The notes beneath the pieces were generated by a model. The model saw only the letters and a list, made by a program, of their open reading frames with translations, made no database searches and had not been told where the DNA came from. Positions 36,534 to 48,648 of a stretch of 64,000 nt of DNA are shown piece after piece. The DNA is taken from positions 108,934,001-108,998,000 of the forward strand of contig OZ038378.1 of the NCBI GenBank assembly GCA_964036045.1. Direction: 5' to 3'. Position 1 is the first letter of the stretch, and the number at the start of each line of letters is the position of its first letter. Source of the stretch: Eutreptiella sp. 'Long Island Sound 2002' (Eukaryota > Protista > Euglenida). The translations under genes were made by a program, and so were the position numbers.

Positions 36534-37709
36534 TCAAAGAGAAGCTGCCCCGGCTACCAAGGCCACGCGTGGGCAATCACAAGTCCCCGATCGTGGGACT
36601 AACTCTCGGAGCGCCGGGTCCCCCCCCCCCTCACCCCATAAAATGGACAGTGCCCCCCCCCCCCCCACATAAAATGGACAGTGGTGCAGCAGAACAGTGG
36701 TTGGGCAGGATAGCACTTCACCTAAATAGATATATTTTGGTGATGGCTTTGGCTTCGGCTTGGGCTTCGGCTTGGATGCATCAGCACTGCGCCGAAATGT
36801 TTTGGGTCGTTCAATTGGTGCAGCAGAGCTGCTATCGCCCGTCGATTGCAGCAGTACATCCACCATTCGGTGGCAACTAATGGCAGGGGGGGTCACCAGA
36901 AATGGGGCCAGGCATTGAGGCAGGCTTGGGACAGGGTGGTGCCTGCGGCCCACCTGTGGCACCCAATGTGCCAGACGTTGGGTTAGGTTTGGGACAGGGT
37001 GGTGGACGTGTGGCACCCAGTGTGCGAGGACCAGTAACGGACTTTGGGTTCCGCTTGGGCACAGGTGGTGATTGTGGCTGCGCTTTTTGGGTGTCGTTGT
37101 CGCTTCGCTGCTGCTGCTACAACTGCTTTGTGAACTCTTACTGCCACTACTGCCACTACTTTCACTCTGGCTGTCACTATTATCCGATGAGGAGCTCTGT
37201 GCATCCAACTCCGAAGCGCTAGGGTCCAACACAATTGGCTGGGCCAACCGACATTGGCGGACTGGCACCACTGGTCGGGCTAGCAGGCCCTCGCATGTAT
37301 TAGGAGGGGCATAACCGCTACCCGCAGCCTCGACCACGGCAGGGCGCGGCTGCTTTTTCTTGTGTCGTCGGTCTTTACGGGAGCTGAAGGTGCGAAGACT
37401 GCCTAAACCCAGAGTCGGCCAGGAAACAACCACATCCCAGTTAATAGGGATCCAGTGGCGCACCCGGGGCAACCGGCCGCTGCACAGACCGCACATGCAA
37501 TAGACATCAACACTTGGCTGCGTTGAGCCAGGTAACCCTAGTTTGACAGATTTTGTGGCCACGTCCACTGCGCAAAAACAGCCACCGGTTGCAACACCAC
37601 ATTGGACAATGCGCACCAGCATGTCACGGCAACACTCAATGGCGAGAACAGTACAAGGCTGCGGCAAAACCATCGGCACCTCGGGGTGCCAGTGTTCCAA
37701 ACGATTCAT
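36534..37709 (-). CDS. Hypothetical 391-aa ORF with Cys cluster and Ser-rich low-complexity region, downstream of the F3 transposase
   Basis: Long open frame; CFC...YCMCGLC cluster; SSSSDNSDSQSESS tract. Function unassigned. Confidence 0.35.
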   Translation of the reverse strand: MNRLEHWHPEVPMVLPQPCTVLAIECCRDMLVRIVQCGVATGGCFCAVDVATKSVKLGLPGSTQPSVDVYCMCGLCSGRLPRVRHWIPINWDVVVSWPTLGLGSLRTFSSRKDRRHKKKQPRPAVVEAAGSGYAPPNTCEGLLARPVVPVRQCRLAQPIVLDPSASELDAQSSSSDNSDSQSESSGSSGSKSSQSSCSSSSEATTTPKKRSHNHHLCPSGTQSPLLVLAHWVPHVHHPVPNLTQRLAHWVPQVGRRHHPVPSLPQCLAPFLVTPPAISCHRMVDVLLQSTGDSSSAAPIERPKTFRRSADASKPKPKPKPKPSPKYIYLGEVLSCPTTVLLHHCPFYVGGGGALSILWGEGGGDPALRELVPRSGTCDCPRVALVAGAASL

Positions 37710-37730
37710 TTTTTTTACCCTTTTCAGGAA

Positions 37731-39310
37731 CTACACGTAATGTTCATGCTGGAGGGTCTCCCGGATACTTTCGGAATTATCCGTGCTGGTGACCCCGGCA
37801 AAGCGCTTGGCCACTGAAAGCCATGCTTCCCCCCCCTCGTCTTGAACGTGCACAGGAAGACGCAGGTAATCAAAAAAAAGCGCCATCCCATGTGCGTACA
37901 ATGTGCATGTGCTACCCCCCTCACACATATCAGTGATGAGGAGGGTTAAATACACATGCACTTTACCCTGTGTGGACCATACACATGGTGGCATGTGGTT
38001 GGTCCCATGCAACAGGGATACAATATGATAGAAGCTGAGGAACAATTGATGGAGGGGTGAGGGCAATTTGCCTGTTTGCACAACCATTGGGAACAGTGTG
38101 CGAACCTCTCGCCCCGTGAGTGACAACCCTGAACGAAAGCGGCTGCGCGTCTTGGATTGCCACTGTTTTGTGTGTGGATCCATTTTTAGCTCATAGCGGC
38201 GGGCAACAACTACCACAAGCTACAGACCCGTGCACAACTCGATAGTGGGCAGTGCGCGTCCCACAACCCCTACTATTCGGCTGCCAAAGCCTTGAATGTT
38301 ATGTAGTACAGGCTGCACTGCGTGTACCTGGGATAAGTTCGAGAGCCCAGCCAGACGGACACAGTAGCTGTCTAAATGAAGTGAAGCCGTAGTGAAAAGG
38401 TTGGCAAGATGGTGATTTCTATCCCATTGGCATGAGCAACCACCCTGTCCATTCTGCAGCTCAGACCACATCTGGTGATGGGCGGCCATGAGGAAGCGCA
38501 ACTGTAGCTTGAGCTGAACAACGTGTCGCGTGCCGGCGACAACAGCGGGAAGCCTGAACGTTGTGGCCTGCAATTTTTTTATCTCCCGGACACGCCAATT
38601 CAAGGCCAAGGCCGCCCAAACAGCACGCGGGAGTTCACGCCATGTTAGGAGGGAGGTGGCAGAAGGCACTCCCTCAACGGCATCAAAAAGCTGACTTGCC
38701 AAATCCAGGATGGCAACCTTCACATTGTAGTTGCTTCTGCCGCGGGGGTATCATAGCCATCAGAAAACAATAGAACCTGCAAGGTAGCTTCCATAGGGGG
38801 GGGGGGGTTGCGGACAAGCCTTGGGCCTTGGTGTTTGAGTAGAAGGCCGCAGACTTGTAGGAGTAGGGACTCGTTGTTTAACCGGCGGTCTATACTGGGA
38901 ATCTGGATTGCCTCCTCCATGTGCGGCTTACCCGTAGTCCAAGGGAGGTCTAGGAGTAGGGCACGCAACCGTTGCATCAGGCGACTTGACAACCGCAACT
39001 CATGCCGTGCTTCCACCACACCGCTACGCGGGGGGGCACTTGGGGGGGGTGCTACGTTGGGCAAGTGCCGCAAGATCCGGTGGCGTACAGTAAGGCCACT
39101 TGGGCCGCCTTGCGTCGCGCGCAGGACGTCTTCGATTTGCCATTGCGGAACGGCATCTGCATTTGGCAGCTCCAAGAGACGGCGCACGTCATCACGATGC
39201 ACCTGCCCTTGACCCCACAAATGCCGGAGTCCTTCTTCCCAAGTGCAACTGCCGCTAACGTACCACACAACGTGGGTCACAACAAACTCATGGCATTGAT
39301 GCATCTGCAA
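37731..39310 (-). pseudogene. F3 RAG1/Transib-like transposase, fragmented
   Basis: LLFSDGYD (first Asp), LMAAHHQ (second Asp position degenerate), GGCSCQW, QPVLHNIQG, STCTLYAHG, QDEGGEAWLSVAKRF (compare RAG1 SEGNESGNKLFRR). Confidence 0.65.
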
Positions 39311-39314
39311 GAGG

Positions 39315-40935
39315 GAACATGTCCTTTTGGGCGGATGGTCTGCACAGGCGCTTACGCATGTCTCCTACTTTTCCTTTTCGGCGGACGTTCTGCACTGGCT
39401 CTTACACATGTCTCCTACTTGTGCTTTTCGGCGGATGGTCTGCACAGGCGCTTACACATGTCTCCTACTTGTCCTTTTCGGCGAATGTGGTGCACGGGCG
39501 CTTACACATGTCTCCTACTTGTCCTTTTCGGCGGATGGTCTGCACAGGCGCTTAAACATGTCTCCTACTTGTCCTCTTCGGCGGACGGTCTGCAAAGGCG
39601 TTTACACACATCTCCTACAAGCGTTTACACAATTTTCCTACTTGTCCTTTTCAGCGGATGGTCTGCACAGGCCATTATTGTCGTTTTCATGCTTTCAGGC
39701 TGGACACAATCACACAATCACACAATTGTTGACACACAAATCCTTTTCGGCGGATGGTCTGCTCAGGCGATAACACAATTGTCCTACTTGTCCCTTTCGG
39801 CGGATGGTCTGCACAGGCGATTGCACAATTGTCCTCCTTGTCCTTTTCGGCGGATGGTCTACACAGGCGTTTACACATGACTGCTACTTGTCCTTTTCGG
39901 CGGACGGTCTGCTCAGGCGATTTGTCCTACTTGTCCTTTTCGGTGGATGGTCTGCACTGGCGTTTACACAATTGTCCTACTTGTCCTTTTCGGCGGTTGG
40001 TCTCCACAGGCATTTGCACATGACTGCTACTTGTCCTTTTCGGCGGATGGTCTGCTCAGGCGTTTACACATGGCTGCTACTTGTCCTTTTCGGCGGATGG
40101 TCTGCTAAGGCCATTTGTCCTACTTGTCCTTTTCGGCGGATGGTCTGCATAGGCCATTACACTCTAACTTGTCCTTTCCGGCGGAGGATGGTCTGCACAG
40201 GCCATTTGGGCAAGCGTCTTGCCTGTCCTACTCGGCGGATGGTGTGTTTCATCAAATGTCATCAGTTCATGAACAACATTTGCAGTACCGTGGTATCGTT
40301 TCGTGCTTGGTCTAGTGGTCTGCTACATGTGCTTGTGTTCCGTGTTCGTAGGTTCGATTCCCGAAGAATCCAAAGCAAGCGCGCAAGGATGATGCGCGAT
40401 GGAGTACCGGAAGCGGATCTGCCAGTGGGCAAGGCACATATGAAAAGGCGCTGAACACAGGTTTTTCCAGACACATCTCTGCGAAGGGTTCACACATGTC
40501 TCCTACAGGCCATTACACATCCTTGTCCAATTACACTTATGTCCGGCCTACTTGCTGTCTCTCCTGCTTGTTCGGAGGAGGGTCTGCACCGGCTCTACTA
40601 CTTGTCCTCTTCGGCGTCCTTTTCGGCGGATGGACTGCACAGACCATTACCTACTTGTCCTTTTCGGCGGATGGTGTGCAGAGCTCCCCTACTTGTCCTT
40701 TTCGGCGAATGTTCTCCAATACATATCTCCTATTTGTTCCAAGCTTTGACACGTCTCTCCTACTTCCTCTTCCGTCTTGGCGGCTGGTCTACACAAGCTT
40801 GACACATGGTCTGCACCTACATATCTCCTACTTTTCGGCGGAGGGTCTGCAGAGGTCCCCTACATCCTTTTCGGCGTCCTTTTCGGCGGATGGTCTGCAC
40901 ATATTTTGGCGGATGGTCTGCACAAGCTCTCCTAC
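39315..40935. repeat. 50-bp tandem array (TGTCTCCTACTTGTCCTTTTCGGCGGATGGTCTGCACAGGCGCTTACACA), decaying rightwards
   Basis: TCTCCTACTT at 39361, 39411, 39461 and onward. Confidence 0.93.
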
Positions 40936-42854
40936 TTCGTCGTGCACCCACAACCCATCGTAGCACAGGACAACACTCTGTTGCATCATTCATCGTATCC
41001 GAACGAGCCCAGCCCATGGTGGAGGTGCACACTCCATAGTATAATAATAATGAAAGTAATTATACTGCTGCCCAAAGAGCTGCCGTTCAGGCCACCCAGC
41101 CCATGGTGGACACTCCATGGTATAATAATAATAAAAAGAATAATACTCCTGCTGTTTCCGAACAGCTACCGCTCAGGCGTCGTCAAATTGCCGGGTTGAC
41201 GTCAACCCAGGCCGGACGCTCTGCCGGGCGCAGAAGTCCAAGTGTGGGTGGTGCACGCAGAAAAAAAATTCGCCCCCAGAGGTCATCCACGAGTTGGGGC
41301 GAGAAGCTGTACCGAGGCCGAAGTCCCTCACGGTGCGGGCGGTGGCGGTTCGGATGCCATGAGGCACACCCCCCCAACGTTTGCTGGACCAATGTCCCCA
41401 CACCTGCGTGGGATCGCTGGCAAACTCCCTCAAACTATATGCCCAAACGGTAGGGAACACCTCATTGGTCAGAGGGACATAAGAAGACTTGTGGGCGGCC
41501 AGAACATGCAAGGTGTCTGCTGCCTCGCGGTGCCACGAGGGACTGGCAGTGTGCTAAACCAGTTGGCTGTGCTCTGCAACATGTCTGCGCAGTCCCGTAC
41601 AGTCATTGTCAGACTGCGCAGGGGTGGAGGGCGTTGGAACCACACACGGTGGTCCATGCTGGACAAAACAAACGCAGCCTGGATGGCCACATCAAAACAA
41701 TTGGCCACCGGTGCTTGCGCCCCCGTCACGCTACAAAGTGCATGCCCTTCTGCTGCAATAGGGTAATATATGACAAAGAGGCCGGACTTCCAGCCACATC
41801 CAGAACGAGCACATTGTTAACCGTCCCCACCACCTCCGCACGGAGTGCCACTGTAAATGCGGGCAGTGTGTTCCGCTCCTGGGTTATACCCGTGATAGCC
41901 TTCACTCTTTCCAGTGGCTTAGGGGGCAGCGGCGGCTTTCGTATCTTTCTAGTCTTTTTGTCGTGTGGTGCCCACCTTTTTGATGCTCGGAAGATCGCGT
42001 TCGCCTTCCCCACTTTGAGACGCAGCTAGCTGAGGCGCGCCCACGGCTTGGCCATGTCCTTCTGTGTCTTTGCGACTTGCTTGTCGAGGTCGGCTTTCTG
42101 CTGACCGGTCAGCATCCGGGGACCAGGGGTGACACGGCGGCCTTGCGCGTACTTGGGGCGCTTCTCCTTTTCTCCTTGCGCTTTGGCTTCTTTCGGTCAG
42201 ATCTTCCCCTGCAGCTTTGCTCTGTAGCTGATCATGTCGTCGGCCCCTTCGTCATACAGCTCCCACTGCACGTCCCACTCGTCCCGCGGGTCCTCAACGT
42301 TCTGCTCCCACAACTGGTCCAGGTACCGTCTTGCCACCTCAGCGTTCGCTAGCGCCGTCCACCCCCGTTTGTCCAGGACTTCTTGCATGGCGTCCACAAA
42401 GAGCGGCGGGGGGACTGGCCTTGTGTAGCGCCACTGCACTGGCCCCATCGCCGGTAGGCTCAGCCACAGCCATCTGTCTGCTCCTCCTTTTGACTCCAGT
42501 CCAAGATGTCCACGACATTCCCACCCGCGGTCACGATACTTCTGCGTGAGCAGGGCGAACTAGATCTCCGAGTGCCCCCAATGGCCCAGGGCGATGACGG
42601 CAGCAACAGCGCTGGGTTGAGGACATCGCATGAGTGCAATGATACCCCCCTTTCCGACGGATTAGCAGCGACACGCGGTTTGGGCACATACCGGCTGCAC
42701 TGTGTTGTCTTCGTCGTCATTTGGCGGCGTTGCTTGCCTCTGGGCCCGGGGCTTCGGCTTTGGCGGGTGGGGCTCTGGCGCTGCTGGGGGCTTCGGCTCC
42801 CCGGGGTTCCCCGGGTTCGTCGCGGGCTGAGAGAAAAGAGGATGGTGCAATTCA

Positions 42855-43330
42855 GCGGATGGTCTACACATGTCTCCTACTTGTCCTTTTGGGCGGATGG
42901 TTTGTACATGTCTCCTACTTGTCCTTTTCGGTGGATGGTCTACACAGGTGTTTACACATGTCTCCCACGTGTCCTTTTCGGCGGATGGTGTGCACCGGCC
43001 CTTACACGTGTCTCCTACTGGTCCTTTTGGGCGGATGGTCTGCACCGGCTGTTACACATGTCTCCTACTTGTCCTTTTCGGCGGATGGTCTGCAGGGGCT
43101 CTTACACATGTCTCCAACTTGTCCTTTTCGGCGGATGGCCCGCACAGGCGTTACACATGCCTCCCACGTGTCCTTTTCGGCGGATGGTCTGCACAGGCCC
43201 CTACATGTCTCCTACCTGTCCTTTTGGCGAATGGTCTTCACAGGCGGTTACACATTTTGGCGGATGGTCTGCACAGGCCCCTACATGTCTTCTACGTGTC
43301 CTTTTGGCGAATGGTCTGCACAGGCCATTA
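42855..43330. repeat. Second block of the same 50-bp array, same orientation
   Basis: Identical core TGTCCTTTTCGGCGGATGGTCTGCAC. Confidence 0.92.
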
Positions 43331-44378
43331 CACGAATGGTGTTGACCCTGCACCCTGCACCCTACATTGCCTGAGGCCCGATAGCATACCTTATACGCTG
43401 GGTTGTCTTTGTGAAACCTCGACATTAAAACTTTTTAAGCTCATCTGTGGCCCTTGCCATCAAAAAGGGGAAAGGCTGCACACAGGCTCGGGACAAGAGC
43501 ACAACAGCTACCCCTGCCAGCCCCTTCCCTGAAGAGTACGTACGTTAAAATACGTGATGCGACGTCTTGCTCCAAGGGGGCCTTCTGCGGTATTTCGGTT
43601 GTCCTCTCTCCGTCTAGCGATGTCCATGAGGATAGGATATCCCTTGGGGGGGCGGAGTTCCCCTTGGCCGCGCGGGGGGGTGTGGCGCCAACGCGGGGTT
43701 ACCATTCATGGGTTGGGGGTTTAGATTCCGAAGAGGCTACAGAGATGTCCTCCGGTGTGCGGCCAAGTGCGTGGGGGATGGGTTCTATGCTGTGTGCTGT
43801 GGTCTGAGGGGTCTGGGGTGGAGAAGCTGGGTGGTGAAGGTAGTATTCCCTACGCATCAGACGCCAAGCACGTTCCTCACTGTGCGTCACAAACGAGGAG
43901 CGAGACACACGCATCCCTTGTTCCCACAGAAGTAGCGGGCCTCGGCGCTCCAATGCAAATGAGTACCTCCTAAGATTAAACATCACGAGCTGCTCCCATG
44001 ACGGGTATTCGGCAAGGGCGTGCCGTGAGAGGTAGTACTGTGTCTGGGGGGTGATGGGGTCTCCTAATGTGACCGGTGGTGGTGTGGGGGGGTGGGTAGG
44101 CACAAGGTGTGGCCCGCGGACTGGGGACGACAACACGACCGGGGGCGGTGGTGATGGGAGCTGGGGGCCGGGGGGAGAGAATAGGGGGTTGGGGCGACCG
44201 CAACGTGTTCAAATCTTTCTCACCATCGCCATCCCAGTAGGGCTCAACAAAATCGCCGAACTCGAGCAGCTCCGGGAGGTCCCCCCAGCCCCCAGCCAGA
44301 CTGCCATCTCGGAGGAAGGGAAGGCATTGCGACATGTTAAAAACATGAGCCATCCTAATTGCACAGCAGTGCGAATCA

Positions 44379-45509
44379 TCAGGGGATGGTCGGCAAAGGC
44401 ACCACAAAGCACCACAAATACTTAACCCTAGGGATACCTCTCTTTTCAAAGAACCGCGCGATGCCCAAAACCTCGGCAAGCCGTTTGCGCACGACGCCTC
44501 CCTCTGGTGGTGCCCGGCAAAGCGCGAACTCAATTGCGAACAGCCCCCCATCTGTCTCCGGGATCGCCTCTACCGAGGTATCAAAGGCGTCCGGAGCCGG
44601 TGCTGTAACACGTCGCAAAAACTGCCCAGGTCTCATCTCGTAGTCAATGGTGACGTGCTCGCCCACATCGAACGTGGGGGCATGAACCCCCACAATTTGC
44701 GCGCCCGACGTACTGATCACAGAGGCACCAAGGATTTCCGCAAACGGGTCACACAAAATAAATCTCAAGTACTCATTTTTTGAATGCATGAACAGAAGTA
44801 GTGGCATAGTGTCCACCCCGGTTTTGCTCCGTGCACGCTTGACCTCCAGACATGAATCGGCATATGCAAGCACCAGAGCATGGTGGAAGGCCATTTGCCG
44901 GATGGCCTTGTTGAGGGCAAAAGCTGCCTTGACGTGCTCCGTAGCATTTTGTGGCGGGATGGGGAGCTCTTCAGGGGGATGCTGTTCGAGGAGTTTCCAG
45001 GCTTCCCACTTTTCCCTCTGCTCCTTGGGGGCCCCATCTGGCGGTTCCACCCGATCATCCGCGGTGGGTGCACGGATTTGTAGATGTCAATACACTGTCC
45101 CAAAGCTGCCAACGTAACGGCTAGGGGTGGTGTCATCCCTTGCCTCGGCGGCAGTGCGGCGCGGGACCCCCAACCGGGTGTCCACGGCTCTCATCAGGAC
45201 CGTGTCCTTGGATTTCAGCTTTTTGAAAAGACGCGCAGGCATCATGGCCTCCAAAAAGAGGCGTGGCACGTGTGGTTGCACGTAGCGGCCGGCGTGGGGG
45301 GTGAAGCGCAGGACGGCGATGGCCCGTTGCAGCTCCGCGCGCAACACGTAGTCGGGGCGCTCCTCCACGGGCACTGCGTCCACATTGATTTCCTCCATGT
45401 CGAAGTAGTCACCAGGGAGTGATGCAGAGCTGGCACTACAACTCGCACTGCCACTGGCAGGGCTGGGACTGAATGTGTCACTGGCGGATGACGACATTGC
45501 TGCAAGCAA
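44379..45509 (-). CDS. Two adjacent hypothetical ORFs (45087-45509, 44379-45050), probably one broken gene
   Basis: Co-oriented, non-repetitive, globular-looking sequence; no family recognised. Confidence 0.4.
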
Positions 45510-45744
45510 AGAACCCCAGGGGGTTGGTTCTGCTTTTTTTTTTGTGGGGGGGCTCTACCCATTACTTCGCAAATGCCAATTCCCATGCAAATTGTAGGTT
45601 CTCCTTGCTTTTTTGGGGGGAGGGGGCTCTACCCATTACTTCGCAAATGCAAATTCCCATGCAAATTGTTGTCTCCCCATTAGGCCACTTTGCTAGGTCA
45701 CCGTGTATACACACACACCAAGGCAAGCACGACAGAAAAAATAA

Positions 45745-46030
45745 AACAGGCCGCCAAAACAGGCCGTCAAAACAGGCCGCCAAAACAGGCCGCCAAAACA
45801 GGCCGCCAAAACAGGCCACCAAAAAAGGCCGCCAGAACAAGACACCACGTCACCATTGGCGACGAGATGAGACCTGGCCAGTTTCTGCACCGTATTTCAG
45901 CACCCGCTGGGGATGCCTTTGTACCTCAATAGAGCCGCCAAAACGGGCCAGCAAAAAAGGCCACCAAAACAGGCCGCCAAAACAGGCCAACAAAACAGGC
46001 CGCCAAAACAGGCCACCAAAACAGGCCGCT
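45745..46030. repeat. 13-bp tandem repeats (AAAACAGGCCGCC) in two blocks; a third short block at ~46760-46805
   Basis: Directly visible units. Confidence 0.9.
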
Positions 46031-46814
46031 CTCGGCCTCCCCGGGGTGCGCGAACCAGTTGCCCTGCCTTTCCCACTATACTATTCCCTCCCTTCACAGG
46101 TGTTTTTTTTGACCGGAGAGCCCCTTAAGTGCCTGCCGCGTCCGATGAAGGTGCCTATTGGTATGGCACTGGAGGGATGGGGGACCCTGGAAACATATGA
46201 TACTCTGGCTCACCGATGAGGTCCCCTGTCCGCCCAAGTCCAGGTCGTCTGTGATTCTAGTATGTGTTTCTTCTTGGTGGGTGCTGGTGGTGGATGTACT
46301 CCACCTTCGGCTGACTGCCTACCATGCAAGGTTTGATACCCTAGCTGCGTCCTTGTCAAGCGCTTGCATGGCACGCCTAACTACTGGACGAAATCGCTAA
46401 AAGGCAAAGCCGTTCAGGACGACCGCGTTGTCAAAGCAGCTTCTTAGGTATGTCCCTGTCATTCTACACGTATGCATTGTGTTCGTGTTGATTGTTTCGT
46501 TACACTGATAGGGTTGTTCTTCTACATTAGGGTACTATACGACAAAGAGGCTGGACTTCCAGCCACATCTAGCACGAGCACGTCGTCAACTGTCCATCCC
46601 ACCTCCCCACCGAGCGCCACTGTAAATGCATGCAGTGTGTTCCGCTCCTGGGCTATACCTGTGATAGCCTTCACTCTCTGCAATGGCTTCAGGGCCGGCT
46701 GTGCTAACACAGGGAGCCGCTTCTCAGGTATGTCCCTGTCATTCCACAGGTATGCATGCCGCCAAAATAGGCCACCAAAATAGGCCACCAAAACGGGCCG
46801 CCAATGCAGGCCGT

Positions 46815-47215
46815 CATGCCAGCCCCCCATCCTAACTTGTGTGGGTACCTTCCAATCATCATTTGCTGCCAGCAAGGGTATCACACCTTGCATGCCAGCC
46901 CCCCATCCTAACGTGTGTGGGTGCGTTGCAACAAACATGTGCTGCCAGCAAGGGTATCACACCTTGCATGCAAGCCCCCCATCCTAATTTGTGTGGGTGC
47001 CTTCCAACCATCATGTGCCGCCAGCAAGGGTATCAGACCTTGCATGCCAGCCCCCCATCCTAATTTGTGTGGGCACCTTCCAACCATCGTGTGCTGCCAG
47101 CACAGGTATCAGACCTTGCATGCCAGCCCCCAATCCTAATTTGTTTGGGTGCCTTCCAACCATCATTTGCTGCCAGCAGGGGTATCACGCCTTGCATGCC
47201 AGCCCCCCATCCAGA
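46815..47215. repeat. 76-bp tandem repeat, ~5 copies
   Basis: CCTTGCATG starts at 46886, 46962, 47038, 47114, 47190. Confidence 0.92.
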
Positions 47216-47569
47216 TTTTTCTGTGCAAATTCCAAACACCTTCCGCTTCCGACGGAGGTGGCAAACCTTGCATGCAATATCGCAGGCACCTAAGGAAGAC
47301 AGCCTGTCTTCTGGATTTCCGAGCACAATTTCCAAGCACCATTTCCAAGCGTCCTCCGGTACCCGAGCGTCGTCCAACCTTGCATGCAATATCACGAGCA
47401 CTTCCGCAACTGTGGACAACACCAAGATTTCCGAGCACTTCTAGAACATGGTCTACCATGGGTCGCCGTTTTTGGCCCTACCAGTTTGGACTAGGGCCCT
47501 AAGAACTCTACTAAGGGTCGGGGTATCCAGGAGTCCACGGGGAATTCACAAATTGTGCTCTCGAGGTCT

Positions 47570-47820
47570 TGCTTGACTTGGGGGAGGTCCCCCATTGTTG
47601 TTTGCTGCACAGGCAAGGAGCTGCGGCTAGGCCTAGCGTAGCATAGCCTCTCCACCACGACTCTTTTTAGAGTTCGCGCACTCTTTTTGCTTGACCCGAG
47701 AATCCAGGTAATCCTTCGACAGCGCCTCTCTCCTCATGGAGAATAAGGGTTTGTCAGGCGTAGCATAATTGGCATTCTCAACTTCCTCCACACAGTTCTA
47801 GATGAAGAAGGCATCATGAT
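47570..47820 (-). pseudogene. Small fragment of the same gypsy-like pol linker
   Basis: Reverse complement matches ~7765-8030 (GAGGTCTTGCTTGACTTGGGGGAGGTCCCCCATTG). Confidence 0.85.
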
Positions 47821-48648
47821 AGAGTTCCATGAAACTGGTGGGACAATGGCACACACACTACAGGTCCGACACACACACAACAGTGGCACTAGCCATCGAA
47901 GGACACATGTCCGGGCCTACCACTGCTACACAAACACGCTACTGGTGAAGGTCCAACGGGCCCTAATGGCCCTCGTGTGAAATGGGCAGGAACATGGTGC
48001 TACTAAGCAGCCGCGGCCTAGCAGGGACGCCACTACGTGTTTCCCAGCTAGGACTTGGAGGGAAGGAGTGCTCTCAGCGTGCGCAAGGCATGTTGCAATC
48101 ATTGCCCGTGACCATGTTCTCTTTCCCCATGGCGTTATCGAACTGCGCTTTCACAAAGAGGCGCTGAGGACTTGTGCACCAATCCCCCTTTCCTTTCCCA
48201 CCTGAACAGATGTGTACACATGTATGGGGTGCGCGGCTAGAAGGTGTGCGCAAGAACCCCCCCCGTCTAGCGCCCTTTTTGCATGTTTACCCAAGCCACA
48301 CCCCCTTGTGTGGTTGGAAAGTAGTTTGGGGCCAATCAAGACATGTTTACACCCCATTTGGTGGCTTATTTTCACTTTTGTCCGAAACGGTCAGTTTTGC
48401 GGGTTTTTCTACACCCCCCCCTTTTGCTGAAAGGGGGGTTCTAGGACCCTTTCTGCACCCTTTCTGCACCCTTTGTGCGCCCTTTTTGCACCCCCCTTTG
48501 TGCGCTAGAACCCCCTTTCTGCACCCTTTCTGCACACGCTATGTGCGCTGGAACCCCCTTTCTGCACCCTTTCTGTGGGGGGGCTTCTGCGCCAAGGATT
48601 TTTGCAAGAAGGGCACCAAATGCATACACCGGGTTCAAATTTGGTTTC

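Noticed and set aside
36422-37709. RAG2-like partner (ProtoRAG arrangement) next to F3
   Set aside because: No kelch-like repeats and no convincing convergent ORF; the long ORF is co-oriented and low-complexity.
39315-43330. 50-bp (also 76-bp and 101-bp) arrays as CRISPR
   Set aside because: Units are contiguous with no unique spacers, no cas genes are present, and the context is eukaryotic.
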